Of a DNA stretch of 64,000 nt, positions 63,438-64,000 are shown piece after piece. The translations under genes were made by a program, and so were the position numbers. Position 1 is the stretch's first letter; the number at the start of each line of letters is the position of its first letter. Source of the DNA: Mobula birostris (lineage: Eukaryota); NCBI RefSeq assembly GCF_030028105.1, contig NC_092376.1, positions 141,358,230 to 141,422,229 of the forward strand. The letters run 5' to 3'. A model generated the notes under the pieces. The model ran no database searches, had not been told where the DNA came from, and worked only from the letters and a program-made list of their open reading frames with translations.

Positions 63438-63988
63438 TTACACACAAAAAAATTGCTGGTGGAATGCAGCAGGCCAGGCAGCATCTATAGGAAGAGGTAC
63501 AGTCGACGTTTCGGGCCCGGACCCTTCGTCAGGACTAACTGAAAGAAATGGTAGTAAGAGATTTGAAAGTGGGGGAGAGGGAGGGGGAGATCCGAAATGA
63601 TAGGAGAAGACAGGAGGGGGAGAGATGGAGCTAGGAGCTGGAAAGTTGATTGGCAAAAGGGATACCAGGCTGGAGAAGGGAGAGGACCATGGGACGGGAA
63701 GCCTGGGGAGAAAGAGAAGCAGGGAGGGGAGCCTGGAGGGTGGAGAGCTGAAAAAAGAGAGAAAGAAAAAAGGAGGAAAATATAAAAAAATATATTAAAT
63801 AAATAAATAAGGGATGGGGTGTGAAGGGGAGGAGGGGCATTAACGGAAGTTAGAGAAGTCAATGTTCATGCCATCAGGTTGGAGGCTACCCAGACGGAAT
63901 ATAAGGTGTTGTTCCTCCAACCTGAGTGTGGCTTCATCTTGACAGTAGAGGAGGCCGTGGATAGACATGTCAGAATGGGAATGGGACG
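63438..63988 (-). mobile_element. Young PLE 3' end with a hammerhead core at 63500-63541
   Basis: Minus strand cagttagtc-CTGACGA-agggtccgggccc-GAAA-cGTC-gactg; same family as 14304-16274. Confidence 0.88.
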
Positions 63989-64000
63989 CGACTTCCGCGT

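Overview
Vertebrate genomic DNA, most likely from a cartilaginous fish such as a ray (inferred from the V-SINE, CR1, Rex1 and Penelope repeat landscape). Three host genes are visible. (1) The CpG-rich promoter and non-coding 5' exons of an unidentified minus-strand gene (~1.9-3.4 kb). (2) A complete 7-exon deoxycytidine kinase gene of the dCK2 type (28706-32780, +, 264 aa, all GT-AG junctions in phase). (3) The first two coding exons of an NBCe1-like SLC4 bicarbonate transporter (44590-44864 and 59320-59480, +), probably the slc4a9/AE4 ohnologue, which runs out of the window. Most of the rest is nested transposable elements, and nearly all ORFs in the supplied track are TE fragments or noise. 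Most notable: Penelope-derived minimal hammerhead ribozyme motifs, one in sense orientation in the probable dCK2 3'UTR and paired with its own antisense arm; a 216-bp tandem of hammerhead plus captured flank that resembles a nascent retrozyme; an HDV-like ribozyme candidate in a young RTE-type element; and a degenerate duplicate of SLC4 exon 2 in intron 1. All calls were made by eye, so TE boundaries are approximate unless a TSD is quoted.
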